Below are positions 11,326 through 23,459 of a stretch of DNA of 64,000 nucleotides, in pieces. A model generated the notes under the pieces. The model was given only the letters and a program-made list of their open reading frames with translations. It was not told the origin of the DNA and made no database searches. Position numbers and translations under genes: made by a program. The stretch covers positions 868,001 to 932,000 of the forward strand of contig NC_090602.1 in NCBI RefSeq assembly GCF_000497125.1. Direction: 5' to 3'. Origin of the DNA: Spironucleus salmonicida. Lineage: Eukaryota. The stretch's first letter is position 1. Each line of letters begins with the position of its first letter.

Positions 11326-11850
11326 TCATTGGTGTATGACTTACGTAGTTTTTGTCTCTAGAGAGGTCTCTATTTTCCCATAAAAGTCGCCCTCCTGAAT
11401 TCTCACGTTTGGCGGAATTTTTGCCACGAATATTCCCAAGTGCGTGCACGTGAAATGCGCCGAAAAGAGCACTTCATAGTAGTTAAATAGTGCAGCCGAT
11501 TTGAAAATGAAGAGATACTTAAAAATCTACGACTTGAGCTGATGAAGATTTACCGCGAAGAACGACTGGATTTCGATGATGCAAAAATGGGGTTTTTAGA
11601 GTGTTTAGAGTTTTTAGACGTTTTGGGACAGTTTTAGCCGCGCCGCCTTCAGCTGGACGTAGCGGATGTGCTGCCTGCGCGTTTGCGTCACTCTGGCGAT
11701 GTACTGCGTAAGCGCATTTTTCAGCGAATAATTTGTCAAAATAAGCGTCGGGTACGGTAGCGTGAGGTGGTTGCGTAGCGGCTTGAGGCTGGTAGTTTTC
11801 TGGAACTAGAACCGGCTGCTCTCCAGCTCCAGCTCGTTTTGGTTTTCCAT
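11326..11850 (-). CDS. Hypothetical protein (174 aa)
   Basis: MENQNELELESSRF... open in table 6. Confidence 0.6.
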
Positions 11851-11974
11851 TTTACTGAAAATAATTACTTATATTATAGTATAATATTAATAAAAATAAA
11901 TTTTTAAAGTGGAGTGGTGCAAATAATTTTACATTAACATATTATTATATACTAATATACACTTTACATGACAA

Positions 11975-12376
11975 ATGCTCGACAACCCCACTGTCTCCGC
12001 GGAGTGGTTTCAGCTCCTTTTTAGCGTCTACGGGAACAGTGTAACCGGAATTGGGTTTGTAACCCCGAAATTGAGCGCGTTCTCACCGCTGCAGACGCCC
12101 GATATTCAAATCGGCACGGCATTTTCGCTTGCGCAGCTCAGGGTCCAGGCATCAATAAAGCTGGGCGGTAACACGTACTTCAAGGCCGACAACGGGCCTG
12201 AACACGTCAAGTTTTCCAATTTGCAGGTAGCAGATTTCCCGAAGCTGCTCGTTGTCGCAGACGCGAAATACCAGTTCGCGGTACTCGTCGGCGTGGGAAA
12301 AACGGGTAACGAGGACCGCGCGCTCCGCATAGCGCTCCTCGTCCGGGACTTGATTCTGGAGGCCGCTGGCGCCTGA
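11975..12376 (+). CDS. Profilin-like protein (133 aa)
   Basis: N-terminal Trp helix, GNSVTGIGFV, IGTAF...IKLGGNTYF, LLVVADAKYQFAVLVGV and a C-terminal helix LLVRDLIL are colinear with profilins. Confidence 0.65.
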   Translation: MLDNPTVSAEWFQLLFSVYGNSVTGIGFVTPKLSAFSPLQTPDIQIGTAFSLAQLRVQASIKLGGNTYFKADNGPEHVKFSNLQVADFPKLLVVADAKYQFAVLVGVGKTGNEDRALRIALLVRDLILEAAGA

Positions 12377-12551
12377 CGATTAGGTCGAATGCGGCAGTTT
12401 CGCGGTTTCGCCCAATAATGCTCTCGGGCGTATAATAGTGATTTTAGTTTTTGAGCAAAATGGAGAAGATGAAGCGTTTTGGGCAGTTAGTCTGCACCAG
12501 AAAAATTCACTTACATGAGTATAGCAAGTATTAGCTGATTAATGCAGGCCT

Positions 12552-12707
12552 CGCTACCAGCTCTTGAAGTGGTTCACAGACGACCCTATGGCCGCGACGC
12601 AGCAGGACCCACCTCGTTGCACGCCCCGGGAGGCACCGGCGGACAAGCTGTCCCGGGGCGTGCGGCTGCAGGACATCGCGAACGCGTCGTACGCCTCGGA
12701 GTTTTGA
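12552..12707 (+). pseudogene. 3' fragment of the MGAD-family gene 29628..29912
   Basis: RYQLLKWFTDDP...SEF* present; upstream is unrelated with an in-frame TGA at 12516. Confidence 0.75.
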
Positions 12708-12729
12708 CGGCCCGGAGTGAAAAATAACG

Positions 12730-15700
12730 TCACTTGAGCCCGCTGATGTTGAGGAAGCCGGCGTAGTTCTCGCAGAAGTACACCTCCTCCTGGTTATCGG
12801 CCAGGAAGGCCACGAAGCTGCGGTCGAACTGGAAGGGGGCGACGCCGAGGCCGTTGCGCTCGCAGAACATCGCGAAGGTCGCGAAGAGCACGGACACGAG
12901 GTTGCCGGGCGTGGACTTGGAGGAGCGGAAGAGCGCGAGGTTGGCGGCGTCGAAGTGGTGGTTGAGCAGCTTCTGGCTCAGGCCCTCGACGCGCTTCGCG
13001 AGGGTGAGCAGGTGCTTCTTGAGGGACAGGAAGGGGTACGCGTAGATGCCCAGCACGGCGTAGACCTCGGTCGTGAGCTCGTCGTCCTTGGAGGCGAAGA
13101 TCTGGTGGAAGAGCGCGAAGAGCTCCTCGGACCCCGCCGCCTGCCGCTGGGGCTTCAGAATGATGTTGCGGACCTGGAACTCGTCGAAGTCGGGGATCTC
13201 GGCGTTGAGGTGGCAGAAGACCACGTCGTCGGGGGCCAGGACCTGGCTGAAGTGGTTGAGGTGCTGGTGCAGCGAGAAGTCCAGTCTCTGCTCGATCGGC
13301 CGCTGCACGGGCAGGCCCCCATAGTCCAGCTCGGCCATCTTCAGCTCCATCGGGGTCGTGCGGCGCGCGTTGTGGAAGAAGGGCAGCGGGGGCGGGAGGG
13401 TCACCACGTCGCACAGGCGGGCCCCGTAGTCGGCCGGGAAGTACTCCAGGTGGGCCTGCTTGGGCGGAGGCTCCAGCTTCTTAGCGATGAACTGCTCGTC
13501 GTCGCAGTCATTCTCGCTGCTGGTCTCGCTCTTGGAGCCCCGCCGCATCTTGCGCAGCTGCTTGAAGTCATCCTCCGAGCTGAAGATGGTCGTCACGAAC
13601 TTGTAGCACGGGATCACCGGGGCGAGGCGGTACAGCAGGGAGCACGCCGGCTCCACGTCGTTCAGCAGGAGCCCGCCGTCGGTGATCTGCTGGGCGTCGT
13701 AGAGCACGCGCGTCTTCGCCGGGAAGGCCCCGTTGGCCAGACTGCAGTTCAGATCGACGGGCGTGGTGTACTTGATGTTGATGGAGCCGCTGAGGCCGCC
13801 GTTGTAGCCCGCCCCGATGCCGCCGCAGAAGGCGCACTTGAGCTGGCCGCACTTGCAGCCCTGGGCGTTGTCGTTGACCGTGTTCTGGAGGTTGATGTAG
13901 GGCTGGTGGCCGTAGAAGATCCGCTGGGACACCTGGGCGGGCACCGTGTCGCATATGCGGCCGCGGGTCTGCTGCTCGAGGTGGGCCTTGACGTCGCTGC
14001 CGAACACGCTGCAGCCGGTGTTCAGCTGCACGTTGTACGAGTAGGGGATGTTGTGCTGGAACCGCGTGCCGCAGACCGCGGACTGGCGCGTGAGGTCCGA
14101 GGTCTTCTCCAGGATGAGGAGCGAGAACTCGAGGCGCGTGAGGATGATGTGCAGCAGCTTCAGCGAGAAGAACTGCTCGTTGTCCAGGAAGGCCGTCTTG
14201 AGGTGGGCCTGCTCGCAGAGGAGCGGGGCGAAGAAGTCGTCGAACACGGCCTTCTTGACACACTCCAGCTGGAAGGCCGCTATCTCGACCTGGAACACCG
14301 CCTTCTGGCTCGCGAGTTGCTCGAAGAGGAGGGCCTGCTGGGCGGCCTTCTGCCCAACGATGAAAGCGCGGTAGGCCGCGTACGAGACGCCGGGCGCCAT
14401 CATGCTGGCGATGCTGGCCGCGTCGAACTTCTCGTTGAACAGCACGGTGCGGAGCATGAAGAGGCTGCGGACGGTGACACTGGGGAGCGAGAGCGGGCGA
14501 TACCGCGTGTAGACGTTGTCCAGGTTCTTGATGTCGCTGCCGGCGAAGGCACTGCTGATGTACATGTTGCTCTCGAGCAGCTTCTCGAGCTGACCGCGGT
14601 AGAAGAGCCCCATCTCGCCGGAGTCGAAGCTGACCTATTTGAGGCAGTCGAAAAGGCTCTTCTCGTCGGCCTCCGAGTACAGCTGCTTCGCGGCGTCGTT
14701 AATCTGGAAGGACGGCGTCTTCTGGAGGTCGGACAGGAAGGCCTCGAGGTAGAAGTTATCCTCCTCCTCGGCCGCGTCCGGCACTGGAGGCTGGCCCAAG
14801 GGCTGGAAATCGAGGGCGTGCGCGATTAGGTCCGTAAGCACGCAGACGTTGGCCGCGGGAAACTGGCCGAATATGGTCTTCTAGGAGGCGCTGAGCTCTG
14901 CCTTCTGCAGCAGGGCCTGCTTGTAGTCGTTGCTGTAGGGGTCGAACTGCTGGGTGCACTGGGCACCGATGCGCCGGGTGAGCTGCATGAGCTGCTTGGC
15001 ACTCTCGGGCGAGTGGCGGTAGTGGCGGAGCAGCTCGTGCTGGAGGTCCTCGAAGGTCATCTTGAACTTCCAGTTGAAGGCGCTGGGCGGCACGAAGGCC
15101 TGCAGCTTGCGGAGGCGGTGCTCGTAGCAGATGTCGGGCTTGAGCTTGAAGCGCCGGGAGTACACGACCTCGAAGATCTTGGGCAGGCTGACGTCGTTGA
15201 AGCAGTCGAGCTGGTTCGGGTTCACACACCCCTGCATGTCATGCCGCCTGCGCTCGAAGTCGGCCTGGAAGACCTTGTTTTGCATGAACTTCTTATCGAA
15301 TCCCGCTAGGCAGATCGTGGCGTGGTCGATGGACTTGTAGTAGGACTCCGGGTAGAGCAGGCGCCACGCTATGGCAGCGCGCTGCTCGGCGCAGCTGTTG
15401 AGGAAGACCTGCTTCTGGAGGGTGCGCACGATGATGGGGATCGTGATGACGGGGCAGCGCGCCATCTCGGTGAGGATCTTGCCCGAGCCGTAGACCTGTG
15501 TCAGGTGCAGCTGGAGGACCTGCGGCATGCTGGGCAGCTGGAACTGGCTGCTCGCCAGCGACACCGGCGCGTAGGTGGGGTGCTCGACCCAGGGGGGCGC
15601 CGCCGCCTCGGTATCCGCGGCCGCGTACTGCCGGGCGACGGCCAGGACCTCGCGGTCGAACTCCTCGGAGAAGGCGTCGCTCGGGGCCCGCGGGTCGTCG

Positions 15701-18700
15701 TCCTCGTAGGTCTTGTACTCGCCCTGGTAGAAGTAGTTGTTCATGCGCTCCTGGCGCTGGTCGAAGTTCTGGCGGTAGCGCAGGTGCTGGGCGCCCATCA
15801 AGGAGGCCAGCGCCACGTTCTCGTGGAGCGCGAGCCGCAGGAACTTGATCAGCGAGGGCGTGTAGACGCACATCCAGGCGACCAGGAGCTTGAGGACCTG
15901 GTTGGTGCGCAGGTTGAAGAGGCCGAAGCACAGCTGCTCCTCCTCGATATGGCACACGCGGGCCTCGGCGCCGGTGGGCGTGGAGAACTTGAGGTACTGA
16001 GACTTGATGGTGCTGAGGGCCGTCTTGCGCGTGAAGTTGTCCTCCAGGTCGGTGTCGAGCACGACGTCGTTCGCCACGTGCTGCGCCTCCGAGCCGAAGG
16101 GAATCGTGAAGTAGCGCCCGCGGTTGAGCACGGAGTTCGCCAGCTGGCGGGTCTCGTTGAAGTTCTGCGGGGTGCGGTAGGGCTCGTGCTGGAAGACGCC
16201 GGTGTCGAAGAGCTCCGGGTGCTGCTTCTGGTGCATCTTGAACATGTCGTCGGGGAGGATCTTGTAGTTCTGCGTCACCGTCTTGAGCTTGATGATGTTC
16301 TGGTCCTTCTTCAGGACCGAGAAGTCGACCTCCGGCTCGTAGTCGTCGTCGGTCACGATGGGCGGGAACTGGAACGGCTCCTTGTCGACGATGTCGAGCT
16401 GCTGGATGTGCTTGATCTCCTCGGTGCTGGCGAGGTTGCTGAGCACGAGGCTCTCCGGCTCAGGGGCTAAGAGCGTGGACAGCGGGTAGTTGGGGCCGCC
16501 GTTGCAAGGGAGCACCAGGTAGTCCATCCCGAAGCTCGCGGTGACCAGCTCCGCCACTATGTCCTCCGCGCTCTGCTCGTCGAACTGGTGGCGCTCGATG
16601 ACGTTCGCGGTGGTGGCGGCGTTGCGGAGCACCTCGCAGCAGCCGCTGAACTTGGAGCCCTCCCGCTGGCGGAGGTGGGTGATGTTGACCCCGCGCGGCG
16701 AGAAGTAGCCCGCGAAGAGCAGCCCCATCTCGAAGCGCATGCGGCGGTGGTAGTTGTCGAAGCTGCCGCGGGTGATCAGCTCGGCCGCCTAGAGCACCTG
16801 CAGGTCATAGTTCAGCTGGGCCGCCGGGGCGAGCAGCGCGTTCCTATTCTGTACGAAGACGCCGGCCTTGAGGGTCGCGGTGCGGTAGTTGAAGATGTCC
16901 GGGCACAGCAGCAGCCCGCGGAACTCGTTCACGACGTCCAGGTCCAGCTCCCCGCCGCACCTCCCGGTGCAGTACACGCCCAGGTAGTCGCAGGTGCAGT
17001 GGTGGCAGGACTCCCCGCACTCGAGAAGGTGCCGCTGGTCGCCCCGCACGCCGAAGTTGGTGTCGATGCGCGCCTCGATGAAGTTCAGCACCTCGAGCCG
17101 CTGGGAGTCGAACGCCGGGACAGCGACGTCGATGAGCCGGTGCAGGGACTGGGCGGTGGCGGCGGACTCCATCTGGGCGCCAAAGAACATCCGGAAGGCG
17201 GCGAGGAAGTGGGAGCAGGGGCTGCGCTGGATGGCGAGCTGGAGGCCGAAGCCGCACTTCTGGTTGTACTCCTGGAAGCTGAAGCTGGGGTAGCCGAGGT
17301 GGAGGTTGGCGCTGAGGCAGATCATCAGCTGGAAGAAGCTGTCCAGGTCGAACACGGTGAGCTTGCTCAGCTTCCCCGCCTTGACGAGCTGGAGGATGTG
17401 GTACGAGGCGTCCACCCTGCTCGCCAGCTTGGGGGCGGTGAGGAGGTGGCGCCCCTGGGACGGCTCCTCACTCTGGGACGGCTGCGGCGCCGCGGCAGAC
17501 GGCTGGGTGCTGGCCTTCTTGGGGCGCTGCTTGAGCTGGATCTGGTCGCTGATGTGCTGGTAGAGCGTCTTGAAATGCGCGGTGTGGACCTGGGCGCTCG
17601 CCCCAGCCTCGTACATGCCGCGGGGGACCTTGACGAAGCTGAAGCCGTTCTGGTGCTGGACCTTGACCTCCACCTGGTCGCCGACGGCCTTGACGTCGCC
17701 CTTGATGATCTTGATGCCGCTGAACTTGTTGATCGAGGCCTCATAGGCCTTGCGCTGGACCGCGAACACCTCGGTGTAGAGCTCCTGGATGAGGCCGCCG
17801 CGCTTCTGCAGGCCCTGCTGGTAGTAGGCCTCCACGCGCTGGATGATGTGCACGATGGCGCCCACTTCGTCGTCCACGGGGTAGCACGCCGGCCAGCCGA
17901 AGTTGTCGCCGCGGGGGTCGAGGATGCCGTTCTTCTGCATAAGCTGGAAGTAGTAGATGGCCTCGAGCTGGCCGAAGAAGATCATCGTGAAGCAGAACTG
18001 CAGCAGCTCCTGGTTGATGCTGCCGTTCTCGTACTCCTGCATGATGTTCTTGAAGCGGTACAGGTTGGGGCCGTCCTTCACCAGCCCCAGGAACTTCTTG
18101 CTGACCTCCACCTTGAACTCGTCGGTGAAGCGGGACTGGTTCGACAGCCCGAATTGTGCGGCCACCTGCTCGTACTCCTCCTGGTCGAAGGCGGAGGACA
18201 CCTGGGAGATCTTGCAGGCCCGCGGGTGCTGGGGGCCCGCCGTGCGGAAGCCACGACAAGCGGCGCGGGCGTAGCTGGTGCAGAAGCGCACCGGGTGGGC
18301 CGTGGGCTGCGGGGGGAAGCCGCGGTAGAGGAGGCGCTGCACGTTGTCGTCCAGGAGGCGCGCGTCCGGGGGCGAGAGCTGCAGGCGCTTCGTCGCGCCG
18401 CTGCACTGCATGGCCGGCGCGTTGAGGAAGTCCTGGTAGGGCGCGAAGTGCAGCTCCGCCGGCAGCACCTCGTTGAGGGCGGGGAGCAGCTGGGGCGAGG
18501 CGTAGAACTGGGCGTAGAGCCCCAGCAGGCGGTCCTCCGCGGCCTCGGCCTCCAGGGCGCGGCTGGCAGCGTCTACCGCCTCGGGGGTCAGGTAGGCCGG
18601 GATCTGCATGCGGTCCGCCGAGGGCTCCACGCGCTGCAGGCCGAACGACTCGAGCAGGGCGCGCGAGGTGGGGGACAGCGGCGGGGACGGCACGCGGGGC

Positions 18701-18792
18701 GGCTTCTGCTTCCGCGGCATGACGATCTCGACCTGGTGGGCCTGGAAGATGTTGTTGAGGAACACAGCCGGTACGATAACGTCCTTGGGCAT
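12730..18792 (-). CDS. SIN3: Sin3-like histone-deacetylase co-repressor (2020 aa), copy A
   Basis: Track ORFs fuse in one frame through 3 TAG; PAH-like helices (FYASPQLLPALNEVLP; FKNIMQEYENGSINQELL) and HID-like motifs (NYKILP, NSVLN...FTIPFGSE, CPVITIPIIVRTL...WR....ESYYKSIDH). Confidence 0.85.
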
Positions 18793-19262
18793 TTTGGAGT
18801 GGGGGCGCGAAGCGGGAAGGCCGCCCGATATGTTCGCCAACGCCCGAAGGCGGCGAGTGGCGCGGTCGGGTTTACGTTCAGCATATGTGTATTATCGCCA
18901 CCCACTTCAGCCTATTATACTTGGTGCAAACGAAGAAAAACCCTATGGAATGATTATCTTGTTTTATAGCGTGAAAAATAGCTAATTTTTATCCTAATAT
19001 ACTAATTTGATTTTCAGCTCAATTCGCTTATTTATTTAAAAAAATTAAAATTTATATTGGTATATTTCCTATACAATAATTAAGTGAACGCATTACGTTT
19101 AATAATTTACCATTTGCAACGAATCAATTTTTTGTAATGCGAAAGCTAAAAATACATTTATAGTAACAAATTGATATCGTTTGGACTAGTTTATGTAGCA
19201 ATAAGGAGAAGTTTATAAGGATGACACGCTAGAAGCTCTAGTATCAGGTTTAATAAAGTATT

Positions 19263-19644
19263 AATATAAATATAAATATAAATATAAATATAAATATAAA
19301 TATAAATATAAATATAAATATAAATATAAATATAAATATAAATATAAATATAAATATAAATATAAATATAAATATAAATATAAATATAAATATAAATATA
19401 AATATAAATATAAATATAAATATAAATATAAATATAAATATAAATATAAATATAATATAAATATAAATATAAATATAAATATAAATATAAATATAAATAT
19501 AAATATAAATATAAATATAAATATAAATATAAATATAAATATAAATATAAATATAAATATAAATATAAATATAATATAAATATAAATATAAATATAAATA
19601 TAAATATAAATATAAATATAAATATAAATATAAATATAAATATA
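19263..19644. repeat. Microsatellite (AATATA)~64, followed by short (TATATTAA)n
   Basis: Hexamer array with two 1-nt deletions. Confidence 0.97.
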
Positions 19645-19837
19645 TTAATATATTAATATATTAATATATTAATATATTAATATATATAGATCAATATATT
19701 TATATTAATATCCTTATATATATTAATATTAATATTAATATTTTTATTTTATTTGCCAGAAAACAACACAATTAACCCACCAACCTCAAAAAATTAAGAA
19801 ACTACGCGACAGCGCATTTAGCAAATAAAAACATCAG

Positions 19838-20362
19838 TCAAACCTAGCTAACCGCCCACTAAAAACCCTCGTCAATTCCGGTGCCATTCAACGCAGAACA
19901 CTCCTAAATCTGCCATTTGTGCCCCCTAAGATTTGTCAACTGCAACTTTTACGCAATTTCTGCGGCAGTTAGCGCCGTTGGAATATCCGATTTATTGCTG
20001 AAAACCAAAATTGGAACGTTCACGAGTTCTTCAGATTCCGCGCAAATGTTGAGCTCTACGGAGACCTCCTCCAGCCTGTTCGCATCAGCGGCGTCTACAA
20101 CGAAAACTAGACAGTTCGTGTTCTTAAAATAGTGTTTCCAGTACTATCTGACAGATTGCTGCCCGCCGACGTCGTAGCACTAAAGCTTCGACTTCCCAAA
20201 AGCGACCGTTTTGGCATTTAGGCCCTGCGTTGGCTAAGTTATGGTAGGATCCTCGTTTGAGATAGCCTTCAAAATTGTCGTTTTACCAGCATTATCGAGG
20301 CCGAGGATGAGAAATCTGAGGTCTGTTTTCGCATTCTTCAAAACTGAAGAGGTATTGCCCAT
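19838..20362 (-). CDS. ARL3: ARF-like GTPase, ARL3-type (174 aa)
   Basis: MG start, LGLDNAGKTT, PTQGLN, DVGGQ, YWKHYF, NKSD, WQIQECSAL. Confidence 0.85.
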
Positions 20363-20740
20363 TTTTGATGCGGACTGGAACGAAAATGAAAAGGCAATTA
20401 TTATGATTTTTATATCATTTAATATCGTTTAGTTTTATTTTTTGGTTTTAGAGGTAATGTTGATTTAAATATATTTTAATAATTAGTGTAATATAATGTA
20501 TTAGCTGTAAATGTTTAAATTAAATAAGTTATATTATTATATTAAATATAATTTGTTTTTATAAGTACTCAACAAACTATTTTAAGATTTAACAGTTTAT
20601 AGCAGTTAATTACTTATTAGTGTATATAAGCAGCATCAAATAGCAATTGATCCACTTTTTTTATTATAAATAATAATATTAAGAATATAAAATTAATATT
20701 ATTATGTATTATAATTTAAAATAAAAATAAAAATTCTAAA

Positions 20741-21289
20741 ATGTAGAAAGCCTAACTAGCTGACGAAAATATTTAACTTGCAAAATAAATCTAGAAAATG
20801 ATCGAGAAAAAGAACTCAATATTAAAAACAATTTTAGCACTCAAAGAAGAGTCCTAGATAAGTTAACAGTAAATATTATAAACATAATAATCCATAAAAT
20901 CACTTTAAATAAAAAATGAACATGAAAACTTAATAATAACACTAGAAGCAGAATATCTGGCAAAATCTAAGAAATTAAAGGTAATAAATAAACAAACTTC
21001 CCTTATACGCCATCTTTTAGACCACTAAGACGTGATTTAAGACGTAAAAGCGTTACACGAAACCCTTTAAGAATTATAAAATTAAATAAAAATTCACTCT
21101 GAAATTACTACTCTTTAAAACAATACTATTTCTGAGAAAGACTAACTACGGGAGGATTAGATTTAATAGCAGAAGGATATTCAGGCGTTTATCTTTAAGT
21201 GCAAGTAGGAGAAATAAGCTAATCGCTACAAGATGTTGAAATAACTGAACAGAGTTTCATATAAGGAGGCTATAAGGTTTTGGCAGTGA
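20741..21289 (+). CDS. Coiled-coil hypothetical protein (182 aa)
   Basis: Open only in table 6, many TAA/TAG, ends CAG-TGA. Confidence 0.7.
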
Positions 21290-21420
21290 AATAAGTGTTT
21301 ATGGTTTCAAATATCATAATTTCAATAATTACCATTTAATTCCATCATATAAACTAAGAGAAATTTTTATATTACTTTATTAATATAATTCATTATTGAT
21401 ATTATAGAAATCTATTCAAA

Positions 21421-22014
21421 ATGGGTTGCGGCCTCATTGAGCACACTAGCGATCAGTTTCGTATTAACGATGAAACTGTGCGCGACACATAGCATTAACC
21501 TGCCATTAGCTATTAAGAACGCGCCAATAACGATATTACTCACAAAATATTACTTCCAGCACCTGAACCGTAATCAACATCGGTATCAGTTCCAGAGGAG
21601 CTTTTCGAAGCAATAAAGATGAATGAAATTGAGATAGTGTAGCGGTTAGGGGCAAAGTTTGCCAGGCGTTTCGTCGGCGGTAAGACACCTCTGATGGCAG
21701 CGCGTACAGATTGTCAGGCCGCGCTTCTGCTAGGAGGATTAGGCTTGTAGACACGTCAGGGGCGCACTGCGCTGATGATACACGCTAGCTGCGGCTGTCT
21801 AGGTATCTGCTAGCTTTGCCTGCCCGAAGCCCGCATGGTCGATGACGACGGACGTACGGCCCTGATGCACGCGAGTAAGCACGGGCACGCCGAAGTTGTG
21901 CATCTTCTGGCTAGCTACGAAGGGGAAATCAGGGACGACAAGGGGCGCGGCTTTCGGGACGTGTGGGCTGGCGATAGCGCGCAGATTGGAGAGTGCGGTA
22001 AGCAAATTCCGTGA
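21421..22014 (+). CDS. Ankyrin-repeat protein (Protein 21.1-like) with an MGC acylation-type N-terminus (197 aa)
   Basis: GKTPLMAA, GRTALMIHAS, EARMVDDDGRTALMHASKHGHAEVVHLL. Confidence 0.85.
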
Positions 22015-22221
22015 AGCGATTTGGAGGCTGCGTGTGGCGGCAGTTTCTGGTAAGAAAGCGCTCACAGGAGCTATGAAGGGCGTTAGGAACCTCTGAAAAG
22101 TGAGTGCAAGTTACTTCACTGCGCGGGACACTATGGGCTGCATAAATATTTTGCAGCGCCGAATGACTTTGGAGCGGCTCGCTGGACCTCCTGGCAGCGA
22201 CGCTCCAGACGGCGCGCCTCA

Positions 22222-22455
22222 TCACGGGCCGAAGCAGTCCGAGCCCGCGCTGTCGGGGCAGGGGTTGAGGAAGCTCGGCGCCCTGGCCAGGCTGATGCGG
22301 CTGCTGTTGGGAAGGAACATGTCGCGGAGCAGGTCGCTCTGGAGCTGGATGATGTCGATCGCGGGGAAGGGGTCGATGCGGGCCAGCCTGCCGGGGTCCT
22401 GGAAGCCCAGCCTCTGCGTGAGCTGTCTCTGCATCTTCTTGTGGTGCTTGTACAT
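22222..22455 (-). CDS. Hypothetical 77-aa protein (MYKHHKK), copy A
   Basis: AAAATG start, high GC3. Confidence 0.65.
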   Translation of the reverse strand: MYKHHKKMQRQLTQRLGFQDPGRLARIDPFPAIDIIQLQSDLLRDMFLPNSSRISLARAPSFLNPCPDSAGSDCFGP

Positions 22456-22599
22456 TTTGGCAGGTGGCGCAATAGGGCCGAAGGGGCGAATTGTGGCCGC
22501 CGGATTAAGCTGTCACTGGCTCTAACTGTATATGTGAGGCAGTTCGGGCCGTGGTCCCGTGTTTGTACTGTGAAAATGGAGTGGGAACCACGGCCTCGC

Positions 22600-23115
22600 T
22601 CACTCGCCCCCCTGCCACGCCGCCTTGCACTCCACGCCGGCCGGGGGCTGCTGGGGCGCCGCGCCGAGCTGGATCAGCCAGCGACCCTTGACGGTCCAGG
22701 CGGCCTCCTGCGGGCCCCTGCTCTCCAGGAAAAAGTCCCCCGGCACCTCGTAGCAGAAGACGCCGTCGAACTCGAAGTCCGCCATCTCCTCTGCGCGGAT
22801 CTGGTCCTGGAACACCGGGATCAGCGCGTTACGGCACGTGCGCGCGCTCGCCGAGTCCTTGGAGCTCACCACCGCGGCCGCGATGAAATCATCCGAGATG
22901 AGACGCTTCAGGAGCCGGACCTGTGTGAAGTCGGCGCACAGCACCCCGAAGACTGGCTCCTCGGCGCAGCTCTGGCGCACCTGGATCGCGATCCGCAGCA
23001 TCTCCTGGTAGGCGGTCTCGAGCCGGAGCTCCAGTGCAGACTCCAGGTGCTGGGAGGGCTTGTAGAACTCCAGGGCTGCATACTGCGCGATTATCTGGTC
23101 GATGAAGGTGTCCAT
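22600..23115 (-). CDS. Hypothetical 171-aa protein (MDTFIDQ), copy A
   Basis: TATAATA upstream, high GC3, ends GAG-TGA. Confidence 0.75.
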   Translation of the reverse strand: MDTFIDQIIAQYAALEFYKPSQHLESALELRLETAYQEMLRIAIQVRQSCAEEPVFGVLCADFTQVRLLKRLISDDFIAAAVVSSKDSASARTCRNALIPVFQDQIRAEEMADFEFDGVFCYEVPGDFFLESRGPQEAAWTVKGRWLIQLGAAPQQPPAGVECKAAWQGGE

Positions 23116-23459
23116 TCCGCTTTGCGGACAGGGTCGTCAGCGTATTATAATCGGATATTCTCGGGTAGAAGGAGTGTGACAGTATATACGTGGGGTCTAC
23201 GAATCGGTACTGAAAACTGGGTATGATGATCTAGGTGATATATTTTTGGTCACGCCGCTATCAAGCAATGCCAGGAATGAGCGATACCTCATTACCCTGA
23301 TCAATAGGATGGTAGTGTCGAACAGGTAACAGTGTTATACGCTTGTTCCATGGAGTTTGTTCTAAACAAATATCACTGGTCTCTTGATCGGTATTTGATC
23401 AGCGTATTTGTTACACTACTGCGTATCGTTAGAGAAGAATTGTCTGATAGATACTGGAT

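Larger units (their letters stand above)
12552..18875 (-). repeat. Inverted repeat IR1, left arm (6324 bp; partner 23460..29783)
   Basis: Position x pairs with 42335-x; at least 7 substitutions seen. Confidence 0.97.
21922..23160 (+). repeat. Inverted repeat IR2, left arm (1239 bp; partner 33586..34824)
   Basis: Position x pairs with 56746-x. Confidence 0.95.
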
